A stretch of DNA of 32,199 bases, taken from sequence record SRR31156797_5210. One strand, written 5' to 3'. Of the stretch, positions 10,700 to 20,266 are shown piece by piece; position 1 is the first letter of the stretch; every line of letters starts with the position of its first letter. The notes beneath the pieces are model-generated. The model did no database searches. It had not been told where the DNA came from and saw nothing but the letters and a program-made list of their open reading frames with translations. The translations under genes and the position numbers were made by a program.

Positions 10700-11442
10700 T
10701 GGTAGTGCTTAAATCCCAAAATGAACTCGCTAAGATGCGTGTTTCATGCGGCATAGTACGTGAAGTTCTTGAAAAACTTGAGGATTTCATCAAACCCGGT
10801 ATGACTACATTAGATATTGACAAGTTTGCTGAGAATATTATAAACTCTCGGGATGCGGTTCCCTCGTTTAAAGGGTATCGCGGTTTTCCCGCTTCAACAT
10901 GCACATCTGTTAATGAAGTAGTCGTACATGGAATTCCGGGAGATAGAAAGTTAAATGACGGTGATATTGTGAGCGTAGACGTGGGCGCCTATATTGGCGG
11001 TTTTCACGGTGATGCGGCTCGCACTTTTGCTGTTGGGGATATATCTGAGGAATCAGAGAGACTGATTAGAGTGACAAAAGAGTCATTCTTTGAAGGTATA
11101 AAAAAAGCTGTAGTCGGAGGTCGATTGACTGATATCTCACATGAGATTCAGAAGCATGTCGAAAACCATGGCTACGGCGTAGTAAGAGACTTTTTCGGTC
11201 ACGGAATTGGTCGAGAACTGCACGAAGAGCCTAGTATACCCCACTTTGGTAGGGCAAACAGAGGCTTACGGCTGCGTGCGGGGATGGTTTTGGCTGTGGA
11301 GCCTATGGTTACTGCAGGCGATTATAGTGTTATTACCCTCGAAGACGGTTGGACTGCTGTTTCAGAAGACGGTAGTTTAGCGGCACATTATGAAAACACT
11401 ATAGCTATCACACCTAACGGACCGGAAATATTAACGTTGTAA
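10699..11442 (+). CDS. map: Methionine aminopeptidase, type I
   Basis: [38 protein letters not shown] motifs. Confidence 0.99.
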   Translation: MVVLKSQNELAKMRVSCGIVREVLEKLEDFIKPGMTTLDIDKFAENIINSRDAVPSFKGYRGFPASTCTSVNEVVVHGIPGDRKLNDGDIVSVDVGAYIGGFHGDAARTFAVGDISEESERLIRVTKESFFEGIKKAVVGGRLTDISHEIQKHVENHGYGVVRDFFGHGIGRELHEEPSIPHFGRANRGLRLRAGMVLAVEPMVTAGDYSVITLEDGWTAVSEDGSLAAHYENTIAITPNGPEILTL

Positions 11443-11447
11443 GGTAT

Positions 11448-11672
11448 ATGGGAAAGAAAGAAGACGTAATCGAAACCATCGGGACTGTGCTTGAAGCACT
11501 TCCCAATGCAATGTTTAAGGTAGAGCTTGAGAACAAGCATGTGATAATGTCGCACCTCTCAGGAAAAATGAGAATGCACTTTATCAGAATCCTCCCGGGT
11601 GACAAGGTTACTGTGGAGCTTTCTCCGTATGACCTTTCCCGTGGTAGAATAACCTACCGACACAAGAAATAA
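11448..11672 (+). CDS. infA: Translation initiation factor IF-1
   Basis: [43 protein letters not shown]. Confidence 0.99.
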   Translation: MGKKEDVIETIGTVLEALPNAMFKVELENKHVIMSHLSGKMRMHFIRILPGDKVTVELSPYDLSRGRITYRHKK

Positions 11673-11686
11673 CACGGGGTGGAACA

Positions 11687-11800
11687 ATGAAAGTCAGGGC
11701 TAGTGTAAAGCCTATTTGCAGCAAATGCAAAATTATAAAACGTAAAGGGATCGTTAGAGTAATCTGCGAAAACCCTAGACACAAGCAGAGACAAGGTTAA
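11687..11800 (+). CDS. rpmJ: 50S ribosomal protein L36 (bL36, zinc-binding type)
   Basis: Not in ORF track; manual translation [40 protein letters not shown] (37 aa). Confidence 0.98.
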   Translation: MKVRASVKPICSKCKIIKRKGIVRVICENPRHKQRQG

Positions 11801-11812
11801 AGGAGGCTTTTT

Positions 11813-12181
11813 GTGGCAAGAATTGCTGGTGTAGATATACACAACAACAAAAAAGTCGAGGTTGGCCTCACAAACATCTTTGGTGTGGGTCGCGCAACAG
11901 CGAAAATTATACTCGCTGAAATCGGCTGTGATCTCTCAAAGAGAATTGGTGATCTTTCTGAGCAGGATATCTCTGCTATTAGAAAATTTATCGAAGACAA
12001 CCTCACTGTTGAAGGTGATCTCCGTAAAGAGACTTCCCTCAACGTAAAAAGACTTATGGAAATTAACTGCTATCGCGGCTCCAGACACAAGATGCATCTT
12101 CCTTGCAGAGGTCAATCGACCAGAAGTAACGGAAGAACAAGAAAAGGTCTTGCTGGCAAGCGTGGTATCAAAAAGAAGTAA
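11813..12181 (+). CDS. rpsM: 30S ribosomal protein S13 (uS13)
   Basis: MARIAGVDI, VEGDLR, YRG.RH...LP.RGQ.T..N.RTRKG; GTG start after AGGAGG. Confidence 0.99.
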   Translation: MARIAGVDIHNNKKVEVGLTNIFGVGRATAKIILAEIGCDLSKRIGDLSEQDISAIRKFIEDNLTVEGDLRKETSLNVKRLMEINCYRGSRHKMHLPCRGQSTRSNGRTRKGLAGKRGIKKK

Positions 12182-12195
12182 GGGGTACAAGCTAA

Positions 12196-12579
12196 ATGGC
12201 TAAGAAAAGCTCTAAGAAAAGAGAGAAAAAGAACGTTCCGAAGGGTATTGCACATATTAGGTCAACTTTTAACAATACCATCGTTACATTCACCGATGTA
12301 AACGGCAATGCTGTTACATGGGCAGCCGGCGGCGGTGTGGGTTTTAAAAACTCACGTAAATCCACCCCATTCGCTGCGCAGATTGCAGCTGAGCAGGCAG
12401 CTAAGAAAGCTGTGGACAACGGTATGCGTGAAGTAGAAGTTAACGTCAAAGGCCCTGGAGCCGGACGTGAATCTGCTATTCGTGCTATTGCCGCTGCTGG
12501 TCTGAAGATCACTGTTATCAGGGACGTAACTCCTGTTCCACATAACGGCTGCAGACCTAGAAAGAAAAGAAGAGTGTAA
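12196..12579 (+). CDS. rpsK: 30S ribosomal protein S11 (uS11)
   Basis: [41 protein letters not shown] motifs. Confidence 0.99.
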   Translation: MAKKSSKKREKKNVPKGIAHIRSTFNNTIVTFTDVNGNAVTWAAGGGVGFKNSRKSTPFAAQIAAEQAAKKAVDNGMREVEVNVKGPGAGRESAIRAIAAAGLKITVIRDVTPVPHNGCRPRKKRRV

Positions 12580-12591
12580 CGGAGGTCCAAG

Positions 12592-13218
12592 TTGGCTAGG
12601 TATACAGGAGCAGTATGTAAACTCTGTCGCAGAGAGGGCATGAAGCTTTTCCTTAAGGGAGAGCGCTGCTACAAAGATAAATGCGGATTTGAGAAGAAAC
12701 CTTATCCTCCAGGTCAGCACGGACAGGGTCGCAAGAAAATTAGCGACTTCGGTCTTCAGCTGCGTGAGAAGCAAAAGGTAAAAAGATTATACGGCGTACT
12801 TGAAAATCAATTCAGACGCTACTTTGAAAAGGCTACAAGAATGGAAGGGATTACAGGTGAGAACCTCCTTCAGCTTCTTGAGAGAAGACTTGATAACATC
12901 GTTTACAGAGCAGGATTTGCGGGAAGCCGCAAGGAAGCTAGACAAATGGTTAAACATAGCCATTTTCTCGTAGACGGCAAAAAGGTTGACATCCCAAGTT
13001 TCCTTGTCAAGCCTGGTATGGTAATAGAAGTTCGTGAAAAAAGCCAAAACTTCTCCAGAATTAAAGACTGTCTCGACACAGCGGATGGCCGTGGTGTTTC
13101 AGATTGGCTCGCTCTGGAAAAGTCAAACTTTAAGGCTGTTGTTAACAGACTGCCTGAAAGAGATGACGTTGGTTACGAAATTCAGGAACACCTAATCGTG
13201 GAACTTTACTCTAAGTAA
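12592..13218 (+). CDS. rpsD: 30S ribosomal protein S4 (uS4)
   Basis: [44 protein letters not shown] start after GGAGG. Confidence 0.99.
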   Translation: MARYTGAVCKLCRREGMKLFLKGERCYKDKCGFEKKPYPPGQHGQGRKKISDFGLQLREKQKVKRLYGVLENQFRRYFEKATRMEGITGENLLQLLERRLDNIVYRAGFAGSRKEARQMVKHSHFLVDGKKVDIPSFLVKPGMVIEVREKSQNFSRIKDCLDTADGRGVSDWLALEKSNFKAVVNRLPERDDVGYEIQEHLIVELYSK

Positions 13219-13240
13219 GATTCACACGGAGGTTAAGATA

Positions 13241-14248
13241 ATGGTCATCATGAACTTTCATGAAATCATAAAGCCCAGAAAAATTGAAGCCGTGGGCGAA
13301 GTCACTGACAGATACGGCGAATATGTTGCCGAGCCATATGAAAAAGGCTTCGGTATCACTATCGGAAACGCACTTAGAAGAGTTCTCCTTTCTACTATCG
13401 AAGGGACTGCTGTTGTAGGCGTTAAGATAGACGGTGTTAGCAACGAGTTTGCTACACTTGAGGGCGTTTATGAGGATGTTGTAGATATCCTTATGAACAT
13501 TAAAATGCTCGACCTTAAGCTGCACACTCACGAGACTAGAAGAGTGTACATCAAGAAAACAGGCGAGGGACCGGTAACTGCTGGTGATATCACTGGCGAT
13601 ACTATGGTAGAGGTGCTCACACCAGATCAGCACATCTGTACTATCACTGACTCTAAGAAAGAGCTCAATATGGAGTTCGTTGTTCAAAGAGGAATAGGAT
13701 ATGTACCTGCTGAAGAGCTGGAGAAAGATTTCGACGAGATCGACATGCTTTCTGTAGACGCTGTGTTTACCCCTATCAAAAAGGTAAACTACTATGTTGA
13801 TAACGCTCGTGTAGGTCAGTCTACTGATTATGACAGACTTAAACTTGAGATTGAGACAGATGGTTCTATCGACCCTGAGAATGCTATAGGTTTCGCAGCT
13901 AAGATTGTTAAAGATCAGATGAACCTTTTCATCAACTTTGATGAGCCCGTAGTTGAAGATAAACAGGATGAGGAAGAGAACCAGAACGATCAGCTTCTCG
14001 ATCTGCTTGATAAGAGCATCGAAGAGCTTGAGCTTTCTGTTCGTGCCTACAACTGTTTGAAAAATGCTAACATCAAAACTCTTGCAGAACTCTGCATGAA
14101 GACTGATGCTGAAATGCTCAAGACTAAGAACTTCGGTAGAAAATCTCTCGAGGAGATTAAGAAGGTTCTTCAGGAACTTGGACTTTCACTCGGCATGGAT
14201 CTTGAAGCTATAGGTTATGAAGATAGCACGGAATCGGAGGAAGAATAG
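13241..14248 (+). CDS. rpoA: RNA polymerase alpha subunit
   Basis: EP.EKGFGITIGNALRRVLLS, ARVGQ.TDYDRL, alphaCTD ELELSVRAYNCLK, NFGRKSLEEI. Confidence 0.99.
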   Translation: MVIMNFHEIIKPRKIEAVGEVTDRYGEYVAEPYEKGFGITIGNALRRVLLSTIEGTAVVGVKIDGVSNEFATLEGVYEDVVDILMNIKMLDLKLHTHETRRVYIKKTGEGPVTAGDITGDTMVEVLTPDQHICTITDSKKELNMEFVVQRGIGYVPAEELEKDFDEIDMLSVDAVFTPIKKVNYYVDNARVGQSTDYDRLKLEIETDGSIDPENAIGFAAKIVKDQMNLFINFDEPVVEDKQDEEENQNDQLLDLLDKSIEELELSVRAYNCLKNANIKTLAELCMKTDAEMLKTKNFGRKSLEEIKKVLQELGLSLGMDLEAIGYEDSTESEEE

Positions 14249-14602
14249 ATGCGCCATAAAGTAAGCGGATTCAAACTCGGCAGAAAACCTGCACACAGAA
14301 AGGCTATGGTGCGTAACCTCGCCACTTCTCTTGTGGAGCATGGCCGTATTGAAACAACCGTAACAAGAGCTAAAGCGCTTAAGATGTTTCTTGAGCCTCT
14401 TGTAACTCTTGGTAAAAAGGGTGACGTTGCAGCTCGCAGAAATGCGCTGAAGAAGCTCCCTAATAAAGCAGTTGTTCACAAGATATTCGACGAGATCGCT
14501 CCTAAGTTCAGCGAGCGTCCAGGCGGATACACAAGAATAATAAAGACAGGTTTCCGTCAGGGTGATAACTCCCCGATGGCAATCATCGAGTTTGTAGACT
14601 AA
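14249..14602 (+). CDS. rplQ: 50S ribosomal protein L17 (bL17)
   Basis: MRHK...KLGR, RIETT..RAK, RPGGYTRIIK, GDNSPMAIIEFV. Confidence 0.99.
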   Translation: MRHKVSGFKLGRKPAHRKAMVRNLATSLVEHGRIETTVTRAKALKMFLEPLVTLGKKGDVAARRNALKKLPNKAVVHKIFDEIAPKFSERPGGYTRIIKTGFRQGDNSPMAIIEFVD

Positions 14603-14610
14603 TTCAACTG

Positions 14611-14638
14611 AGGCGGAGCTAAACACTCCGCCTTTTTT
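14611..14638 (+). terminator. Intrinsic terminator of the ribosomal protein superoperon
   Basis: AGGCGGAG-ctaaaca-CTCCGCCT stem followed by a T-tract, 8 nt after the rplQ stop. Confidence 0.9.
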
Positions 14639-14650
14639 GTTATTCGTTGT

Positions 14651-15247
14651 CTAACCGGGGAAAGTATCCAGAGCCGGCTTAGTTGTTCTAGTCAGCCAGT
14701 CGATCACTTTACCGAGGTTTTCCATATTATTTAATCCCTCATCATCGTTTTCAACTTCTCCCATTTCTCGCCCTATGCCCAGATTCCAGTATGTTGACCC
14801 CGGCATAATTAACTGCTGATGATGCAGAAAATGATTCATAGCATCAAATGCAGGTATAGCGCCAGCCCTTCGTACAGCCATTACTGATGTTCCGACTTTA
14901 CCTTTTAGCAGTTTACCGTTAGCTGATGAAGTGTATCCGACCCTATCTATGAAAGCTTTCATCTCGGCTGTAACGTTTGCAAAATATACGGGCGAGCCTA
15001 AAAGAATCGCATCAGCGTTTGCAAGCTTAGCAATGATGCTGTTTATATCATCATTTTTTATGATACATTCATTGTCTTTATTCTCGAAACACTTACTACA
15101 GGCTAAACATCCACGTATCGCTTTACCGCCAATCTGTATAAGCTCTGTTTCCCATCCAGCTTCTTTAAGTGGTTGGAATACTTTGTTAATTAGCTGCTCT
15201 GTGTTTCCGCCCTTTCTCGGGCTTCCGTTTATACCGATAATCTTCAT
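14651..15247 (-). CDS. Flavodoxin-family / iron-sulfur flavoprotein (Isf-like, NADPH-dependent FMN reductase fold)
   Basis: INGSPRKGGNT FMN loop, CxxCxxCx7C cluster, GSPVYF, KAFIDR; SD AAGGAGG upstream. Confidence 0.9.
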   Translation of the reverse strand: MKIIGINGSPRKGGNTEQLINKVFQPLKEAGWETELIQIGGKAIRGCLACSKCFENKDNECIIKNDDINSIIAKLANADAILLGSPVYFANVTAEMKAFIDRVGYTSSANGKLLKGKVGTSVMAVRRAGAIPAFDAMNHFLHHQQLIMPGSTYWNLGIGREMGEVENDDEGLNNMENLGKVIDWLTRTTKPALDTFPG

Positions 15248-15276
15248 CTGAACCTCCTTGAGAGTAATGAGTTTAT

Positions 15277-16383
15277 TTATAGTTTTCGTACCTGATCTCT
15301 ACCTGAAGCCTTAGCTTCGTAGAGAGCTTTATCTGCTCTATTAAGAGTTTGGGAAATTTCTCCATCTGTTTCTACGACCTCAGTAACACCGAAAGAGCAG
15401 GTTAAAGAAGATTCTGCAAAAGAGGTGTTCTCTTTAATAGCGATACGGAGCCTCTCTGCAACAGAAACAGCATCGTCTACTGGAGTTTCTGGCAGAAGAA
15501 CGCAAAATTCTTCACCTCCAAGTCTACAGGCGATGTCAGATGGTCTGATAATTCTAATGAAAGTATCTGCCAGCAGTATAAGGGCTTTGTCACCGGCAGA
15601 GTGACCGTGCTCATCATTAATTCTTTTAAAAAAATCAATATCAGCAATGATTAAACTTAATGAATGATCATACCTTTTAGATCGCAATATCTCCTCAGAA
15701 GCCCTCTGGAAAAAGTACCTTCTGTTATTTAAACCTGTCAGAGGATCTGTTTGAGATAATTTACGATATCGCTCCTCAGTGAGTTTCCTCTGATTTATCT
15801 CCTGCCTTAAAAGATTAGTTTTTCTGCTGAGATGTTTCAGATTAGCCTGAAGCTGTTGAGTCAGGCGACCGGTGAGCAGAACCATAGCAACACCCATAAC
15901 TGAAAAGTTATATAAAGCGGCTAGCCATGATTTCGCTGCGTAATTATATGTGTTGAAGTCTATATGTTCATTAATGAACCCGTTAATATACATGTATGCT
16001 ATGACGGATACAAAAAGAGTGTTTAAAGCGCCGAGTATCATCCCTGTTTTTAGTCCGAAAAATGTACAGGCAAATACTATGCTGATAACTATATCGAGCC
16101 TGCCTGAACTGCTAAGCCCAATAGAAAAGATTCCTGAGTAGCCCACAAGCATAAAGCATACGACAGTAACTGATGCCTTAATATTAAAAGGGATTTTCTT
16201 TCTGTAAATGCAGAAAAATATGAGTAGAACCGTGAGTGCGAGGTGAACATACATTTCAGGTTTGAAGCCTATTGCGCTAATTCGGGAGAGTGAAATAAAG
16301 ATGCCCGGAGCTATAACTATTGTGAAGAATATGATTAGTGCATCGACAATACTATTCTGATGTTTCCTCAATAAATTATCCAT
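15277..16383 (-). CDS. Membrane-anchored diguanylate cyclase
   Basis: Several N-terminal hydrophobic helices, coiled-coil linker, TDPLTGLNNRR, DIDFFKRINDEHGH.AGD, RPSD I-site, GGEEF active site, ADKALY.AK.SGR. Confidence 0.95.
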   Translation of the reverse strand: MDNLLRKHQNSIVDALIIFFTIVIAPGIFISLSRISAIGFKPEMYVHLALTVLLIFFCIYRKKIPFNIKASVTVVCFMLVGYSGIFSIGLSSSGRLDIVISIVFACTFFGLKTGMILGALNTLFVSVIAYMYINGFINEHIDFNTYNYAAKSWLAALYNFSVMGVAMVLLTGRLTQQLQANLKHLSRKTNLLRQEINQRKLTEERYRKLSQTDPLTGLNNRRYFFQRASEEILRSKRYDHSLSLIIADIDFFKRINDEHGHSAGDKALILLADTFIRIIRPSDIACRLGGEEFCVLLPETPVDDAVSVAERLRIAIKENTSFAESSLTCSFGVTEVVETDGEISQTLNRADKALYEAKASGRDQVRKL

Positions 16384-16535
16384 AAAGAATAATAGACTGC
16401 AGCAGTATTAATTACTATACAAAATTCTGTTAACTTGATGCGATGTAGAGCCGAGTTTGAAAATCATATTATCAGGCGGTGCAGTGAAGGGCAGGATAAG
16501 TTTATCTAAGTAACTTGGCTGTCGCACCTGAGCGG

Positions 16536-16817
16536 TTAATCGTGACGAGGGCGGGACTTGACAATAAGAGAAGCCTCTTTCATCTTCCGGTAAATCTCTT
16601 CGTCAGAGACTTTTGTACGGGCGGCGCTCATGTTGTGCTCCTCAGAGTGGTAGCAAGGTGGAAGTGTGTTTAATGTGATAGCCATAAGGTCGAGAATACA
16701 GCTTTTGCAAGTACACATGTCATCATTATGCTCTAAAAAGATCGGTAAAATCTCCCATGCACGCTGTTCGTTGATATTTTTAAGCATTTCGATGTCGTAT
16801 GTATTGATTTGAAGCAT
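16536..16817 (-). CDS. ComFB-family (late competence development ComFB / CdgR-like) protein
   Basis: LKNINE, CTCKSC..D...I.LN.LPP.Y and C-terminal V...PRH match the ComFB signature by eye. Start ATG 16817 with SD AGGTGA preferred over 16841. Confidence 0.85.
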   Translation of the reverse strand: MLQINTYDIEMLKNINEQRAWEILPIFLEHNDDMCTCKSCILDLMAITLNTLPPCYHSEEHNMSAARTKVSDEEIYRKMKEASLIVKSRPRHD

Positions 16818-16877
16818 AAAATCACCTACAATTTTTTTCATACCGTACCATTACAAGATATCATTCTGGGGTGATTC

Positions 16878-17870
16878 ATGCAAGATAAAATGGCTGTGAT
16901 AGGAGCCGGAAACTGGGGAACAGCTCTCGCCGAATTAGCTGCGAGCAACGGCTTTAATGTGGATATTTACGCTTTCGAAAGTGAGCTGGTAAAGGATATC
17001 AACGAGAAAAACGAGAATACTATCTTCATGCCTGGCATGAAATTAGACGAAAAGATCAGAGCAAAAAACTTTGATGAGCTTAAAGATATAGATACAGACA
17101 GGGTAATCTGGGTTGTGCCGACACAATTTTCCAGAAAAGTAGCTACGGATAATATGGAATACCTCGCCGGCAAAAAGATACTTATCGCCACAAAGGGGAT
17201 TGAGATAGATTCAGGAGACCTCATAGTTCATGTGCTTAAGAGCTGTTTTGAGGCTAATTACTCTATTCTCTCTGGTCCTTCGTTTGCGAAAGAGGTGGCG
17301 GCGAAGAAGCCCACAGCGGTGAGCATCGCCTCCGAAGAAGAGAGCTGTGCAAAATGGTGGCAGGAGAGCCTCTCCACTGACTACTTCAGAGCGTATTACA
17401 CGGACGACATCCCTGGGGTTGAGGTTGGCGGAGCGATCAAAAACGTGCTAGCCATAGCCACAGGTATAGCAGACGGGCTAGGCTTCGGTTATAATGCAAG
17501 GGCAGGGCTCATAACCCGTGGTCTTGCTGAGATGGCACGCCTTGGCGTCAGGCTCGGCGGCAAACCGGAGACACTTATGGGGCTTTCCGGAATGGGCGAC
17601 CTTGTGCTTACCTGCACTGGTGATCTCTCACGTAACAGAACTGTCGGGCTTAAGATAGCCGAGGGGATGACACTTGAGGAGATAACAGGCAGTATGAAGA
17701 TGGTGGCAGAGGGTGTTTACACAACAATGGCCGCTAAGAAACTGACTGAGAAGCTCGGCGTTGATGCGCCGATTATAAATGAGGTTTTCGAGATTCTATA
17801 TCTTGGGAAAGATCCGAAAAAATCTGTGATATCACTCATGGGCAGACCGCTCAAAAGCGAGAAAATATGA
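16878..17870 (+). CDS. gpsA: NAD(P)H-dependent glycerol-3-phosphate dehydrogenase
   Basis: GAGNWGTALA, TKGIE, SGPSFAKEV, GGAIKNVLAIA.G, GMGDLVLTC...SRN, AEGV motifs. Confidence 0.98.
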   Translation: MQDKMAVIGAGNWGTALAELAASNGFNVDIYAFESELVKDINEKNENTIFMPGMKLDEKIRAKNFDELKDIDTDRVIWVVPTQFSRKVATDNMEYLAGKKILIATKGIEIDSGDLIVHVLKSCFEANYSILSGPSFAKEVAAKKPTAVSIASEEESCAKWWQESLSTDYFRAYYTDDIPGVEVGGAIKNVLAIATGIADGLGFGYNARAGLITRGLAEMARLGVRLGGKPETLMGLSGMGDLVLTCTGDLSRNRTVGLKIAEGMTLEEITGSMKMVAEGVYTTMAAKKLTEKLGVDAPIINEVFEILYLGKDPKKSVISLMGRPLKSEKI

Positions 17871-20266
17871 AAATAATTATAGACGGCAGCTATATAGCTT
17901 TCCGCACATACCATAAATCTCCACCGCTCACAAACTCCAAAGGTGTGCCAACATCTGTTATCCACGGAGTTATACAGAGCATAATCACGCTCATTAACAA
18001 ATACGGACGAGAGAATGTCGCTGTGGTTTTCGATGCAAAAGGTAAGAACCGGAGGCACGATATCCACCCTGAATACAAAGCTACGAGAGATGCAACACCG
18101 GAGGAACTCGGTGTTCAGTTTGGTATAATGGACGAGGTTATTCCGCTGCTCGGTGTGTCTTATTACAAGATAGACGGTTACGAAGGTGACGACATAATGG
18201 CGACAATCGCCGCGCACACTGAAGATGAAATCGGTATGCTCACTAAGGATAAAGACCTTTTCCAGATCATTGACGACAGAGTAAAGATATTTGATTCGCA
18301 AAAGAGCGAATTCTTAGGCGTTGATATGGTTAAGGAGAAATTCGGCGTGGGACCTGAGAAGGTTCGGGAGCTTCTCGCACTCGCCGGTGATACAGCAGAT
18401 AACATCCCGGGGGTTGCTGGCGTAGGTGTAAAGACTGCGGCTAAGCTCTTAATAGAGCACGGTTCGCTGGATGGAATCTATGAAAATGTCGAATCGGTGA
18501 AAGGTAAGCTGAAAGATAAGCTTATCAATGACAAGGATAATGCATACCTTAGCTACGACCTTGTAAGGCTGGATATACTCGATGAGATACCACAGGTTGA
18601 AGATAAGAAGGATGACGCAAAGCTCAGCGAGAAACTGCTTGAGCTTGAGCTCAAAACTATACATAAAAAACTTTTCGACGGGAAAGCGGAAGAATCAGAC
18701 GTGGCTCCAGAGGTTGCTAACGTTTTTGAAGGCGAAGTAAAGTCAGTGAAACTTGCAGCTTTTATAGATGATAAGGTTTATGTTACTGACGGCGAAAAGT
18801 ATTGTGAATTTGGCGAACACTCACTGGCAGATGCACAATATTATTACGATATAAAAAATATTTACAGGTATACAGGTGTTCAACCTGAACAGGCTTGCGA
18901 CGTCTTTCTAATGAGCTGGCTGAACGATCCGGACTCCGGCGGGATAACCAAAGGGAAGACGGACAGTGTGGACCAGTTCATCGGAACGCTCCTTGGGAAT
19001 GCTGAGAGTGAAAAGAGTAAGCTGGAGGCGAATGGGCTTATGGAAGTTTATTTTGATATGGAACTTCCGGTCGCCTACTGTCTCGGTGTGATGGAGAAGA
19101 ATGGAATAGGCTTTGACGCCGATGTTATGGCGAAAGTAGCTGATAAACTTCAGGATGAGCTAGCAAAAGTTAGTGACGAGATTAAGACTTTTGTCGGGCA
19201 TGATATAAACCTTAATTCACCTAAACAACTTCAGGTTTTTCTTTTTGAAGAGCTTGGGCTTGAGGGGCTTAAAAAGACTAAGACAGGTTTCTCAACTGAC
19301 GAGGAATCGATCAGAGGGATGATACCTGTGAATCCGCTTTATGCACATGTACTTCAGGATATCCTTAAATATCGTGAACTGGCGAAGCTGCTTTCGACGT
19401 ATGCGCTCCCCTTGAAGGAACATGTAGAAGAGGATGGACGTATTCACTCATCTTTCAGGCAGAACGGAACGGCTACAGGGCGTTTATCCTCTGTTAACCC
19501 TAATATGCAGAATATCCCTATGAAGGGTGACTGGGGCGTGAAACTACGTGAGGCATTTATCCCGAGAGACGGCTACAGCTTTGTTTCTTTCGACTATTCC
19601 CAGATAGAGCTTCGGATCCTTGCCCACCTGACTGGTGACGAGCGGCTCGGCGAGGCATACCGGAATAACGAAGATATCCATACTAAGACTGCGGCGGGTA
19701 TATTTGGCGTTGCACCAGAGGGTGTTGATTCTGATATGAGAAGGCTCGCAAAAGCGGTCAACTTTGGGATTTTGTATGGGCTTTCCGCATTTGGACTATC
19801 CAGAGACACAGGTGTCAGCCCGAAAGATGCAAAGAAATTTATAGAGAAATATTTTGCCACATATCCGATGGTGAAGGATTTTATAAAACGTATCGCAGAT
19901 GAGACTCGGGCTAGTGGTTATGCTGAAACCCTTGCTGGTCGCAAGAGATTCATCAAAGAGATCAGTAGTAAAAACAAGACAGTCGCTATGCGGGGCGAGC
20001 GAATCGCAACGAATGTCCCTATGCAGGGGTCTGCGGCTGATATTATTAAGATCGCAATGGTTCAGTGTCAGGCACTTTTGGACGATAAAGAGTATGATGC
20101 CCTTATCGTTTTGCAGGTTCATGACGAACTTGTATTTGAGGTGCGTGATAATGATGTCGACGCATTCAGTGCGGAAGTTAAATCTATTATGGAAAATGTG
20201 ATGAAACTTTCTGTACCATTAGTGGTTAATGGCGCTGTGGGTAAAAACCTTGGAGAGCTGAAATAA
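17867..20266 (+). CDS. polA: DNA polymerase I (5'-3' exonuclease plus polymerase; short degenerate middle domain)
   Basis: 5' nuclease motifs IIDG, VFD, EGDD, GD.ADNIPGV.GVG; polymerase motifs TGRLSS..PN.QNIP, DYSQIELRILAH, RR.AKAVNFGILYG, VHDELVF. Confidence 0.97.
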   Translation: MKIIIDGSYIAFRTYHKSPPLTNSKGVPTSVIHGVIQSIITLINKYGRENVAVVFDAKGKNRRHDIHPEYKATRDATPEELGVQFGIMDEVIPLLGVSYYKIDGYEGDDIMATIAAHTEDEIGMLTKDKDLFQIIDDRVKIFDSQKSEFLGVDMVKEKFGVGPEKVRELLALAGDTADNIPGVAGVGVKTAAKLLIEHGSLDGIYENVESVKGKLKDKLINDKDNAYLSYDLVRLDILDEIPQVEDKKDDAKLSEKLLELELKTIHKKLFDGKAEESDVAPEVANVFEGEVKSVKLAAFIDDKVYVTDGEKYCEFGEHSLADAQYYYDIKNIYRYTGVQPEQACDVFLMSWLNDPDSGGITKGKTDSVDQFIGTLLGNAESEKSKLEANGLMEVYFDMELPVAYCLGVMEKNGIGFDADVMAKVADKLQDELAKVSDEIKTFVGHDINLNSPKQLQVFLFEELGLEGLKKTKTGFSTDEESIRGMIPVNPLYAHVLQDILKYRELAKLLSTYALPLKEHVEEDGRIHSSFRQNGTATGRLSSVNPNMQNIPMKGDWGVKLREAFIPRDGYSFVSFDYSQIELRILAHLTGDERLGEAYRNNEDIHTKTAAGIFGVAPEGVDSDMRRLAKAVNFGILYGLSAFGLSRDTGVSPKDAKKFIEKYFATYPMVKDFIKRIADETRASGYAETLAGRKRFIKEISSKNKTVAMRGERIATNVPMQGSAADIIKIAMVQCQALLDDKEYDALIVLQVHDELVFEVRDNDVDAFSAEVKSIMENVMKLSVPLVVNGAVGKNLGELK

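Noticed and set aside
775..14626. Many 60-212 aa antisense and out-of-frame ORFs over ribosomal protein genes (e.g. 2026-2664 -, 5687-6247 -, 12192-12641 -)
   Set aside because: They fully overlap highly conserved genes, lack recognisable motifs, and are expected from biased codon usage.
16384..16535. c-di-GMP riboswitch upstream of the membrane cyclase
   Set aside because: No class I (GGCAAA, GNRA tetraloop/receptor) or class II consensus recognised on either strand; kept only as an unclassified structure.
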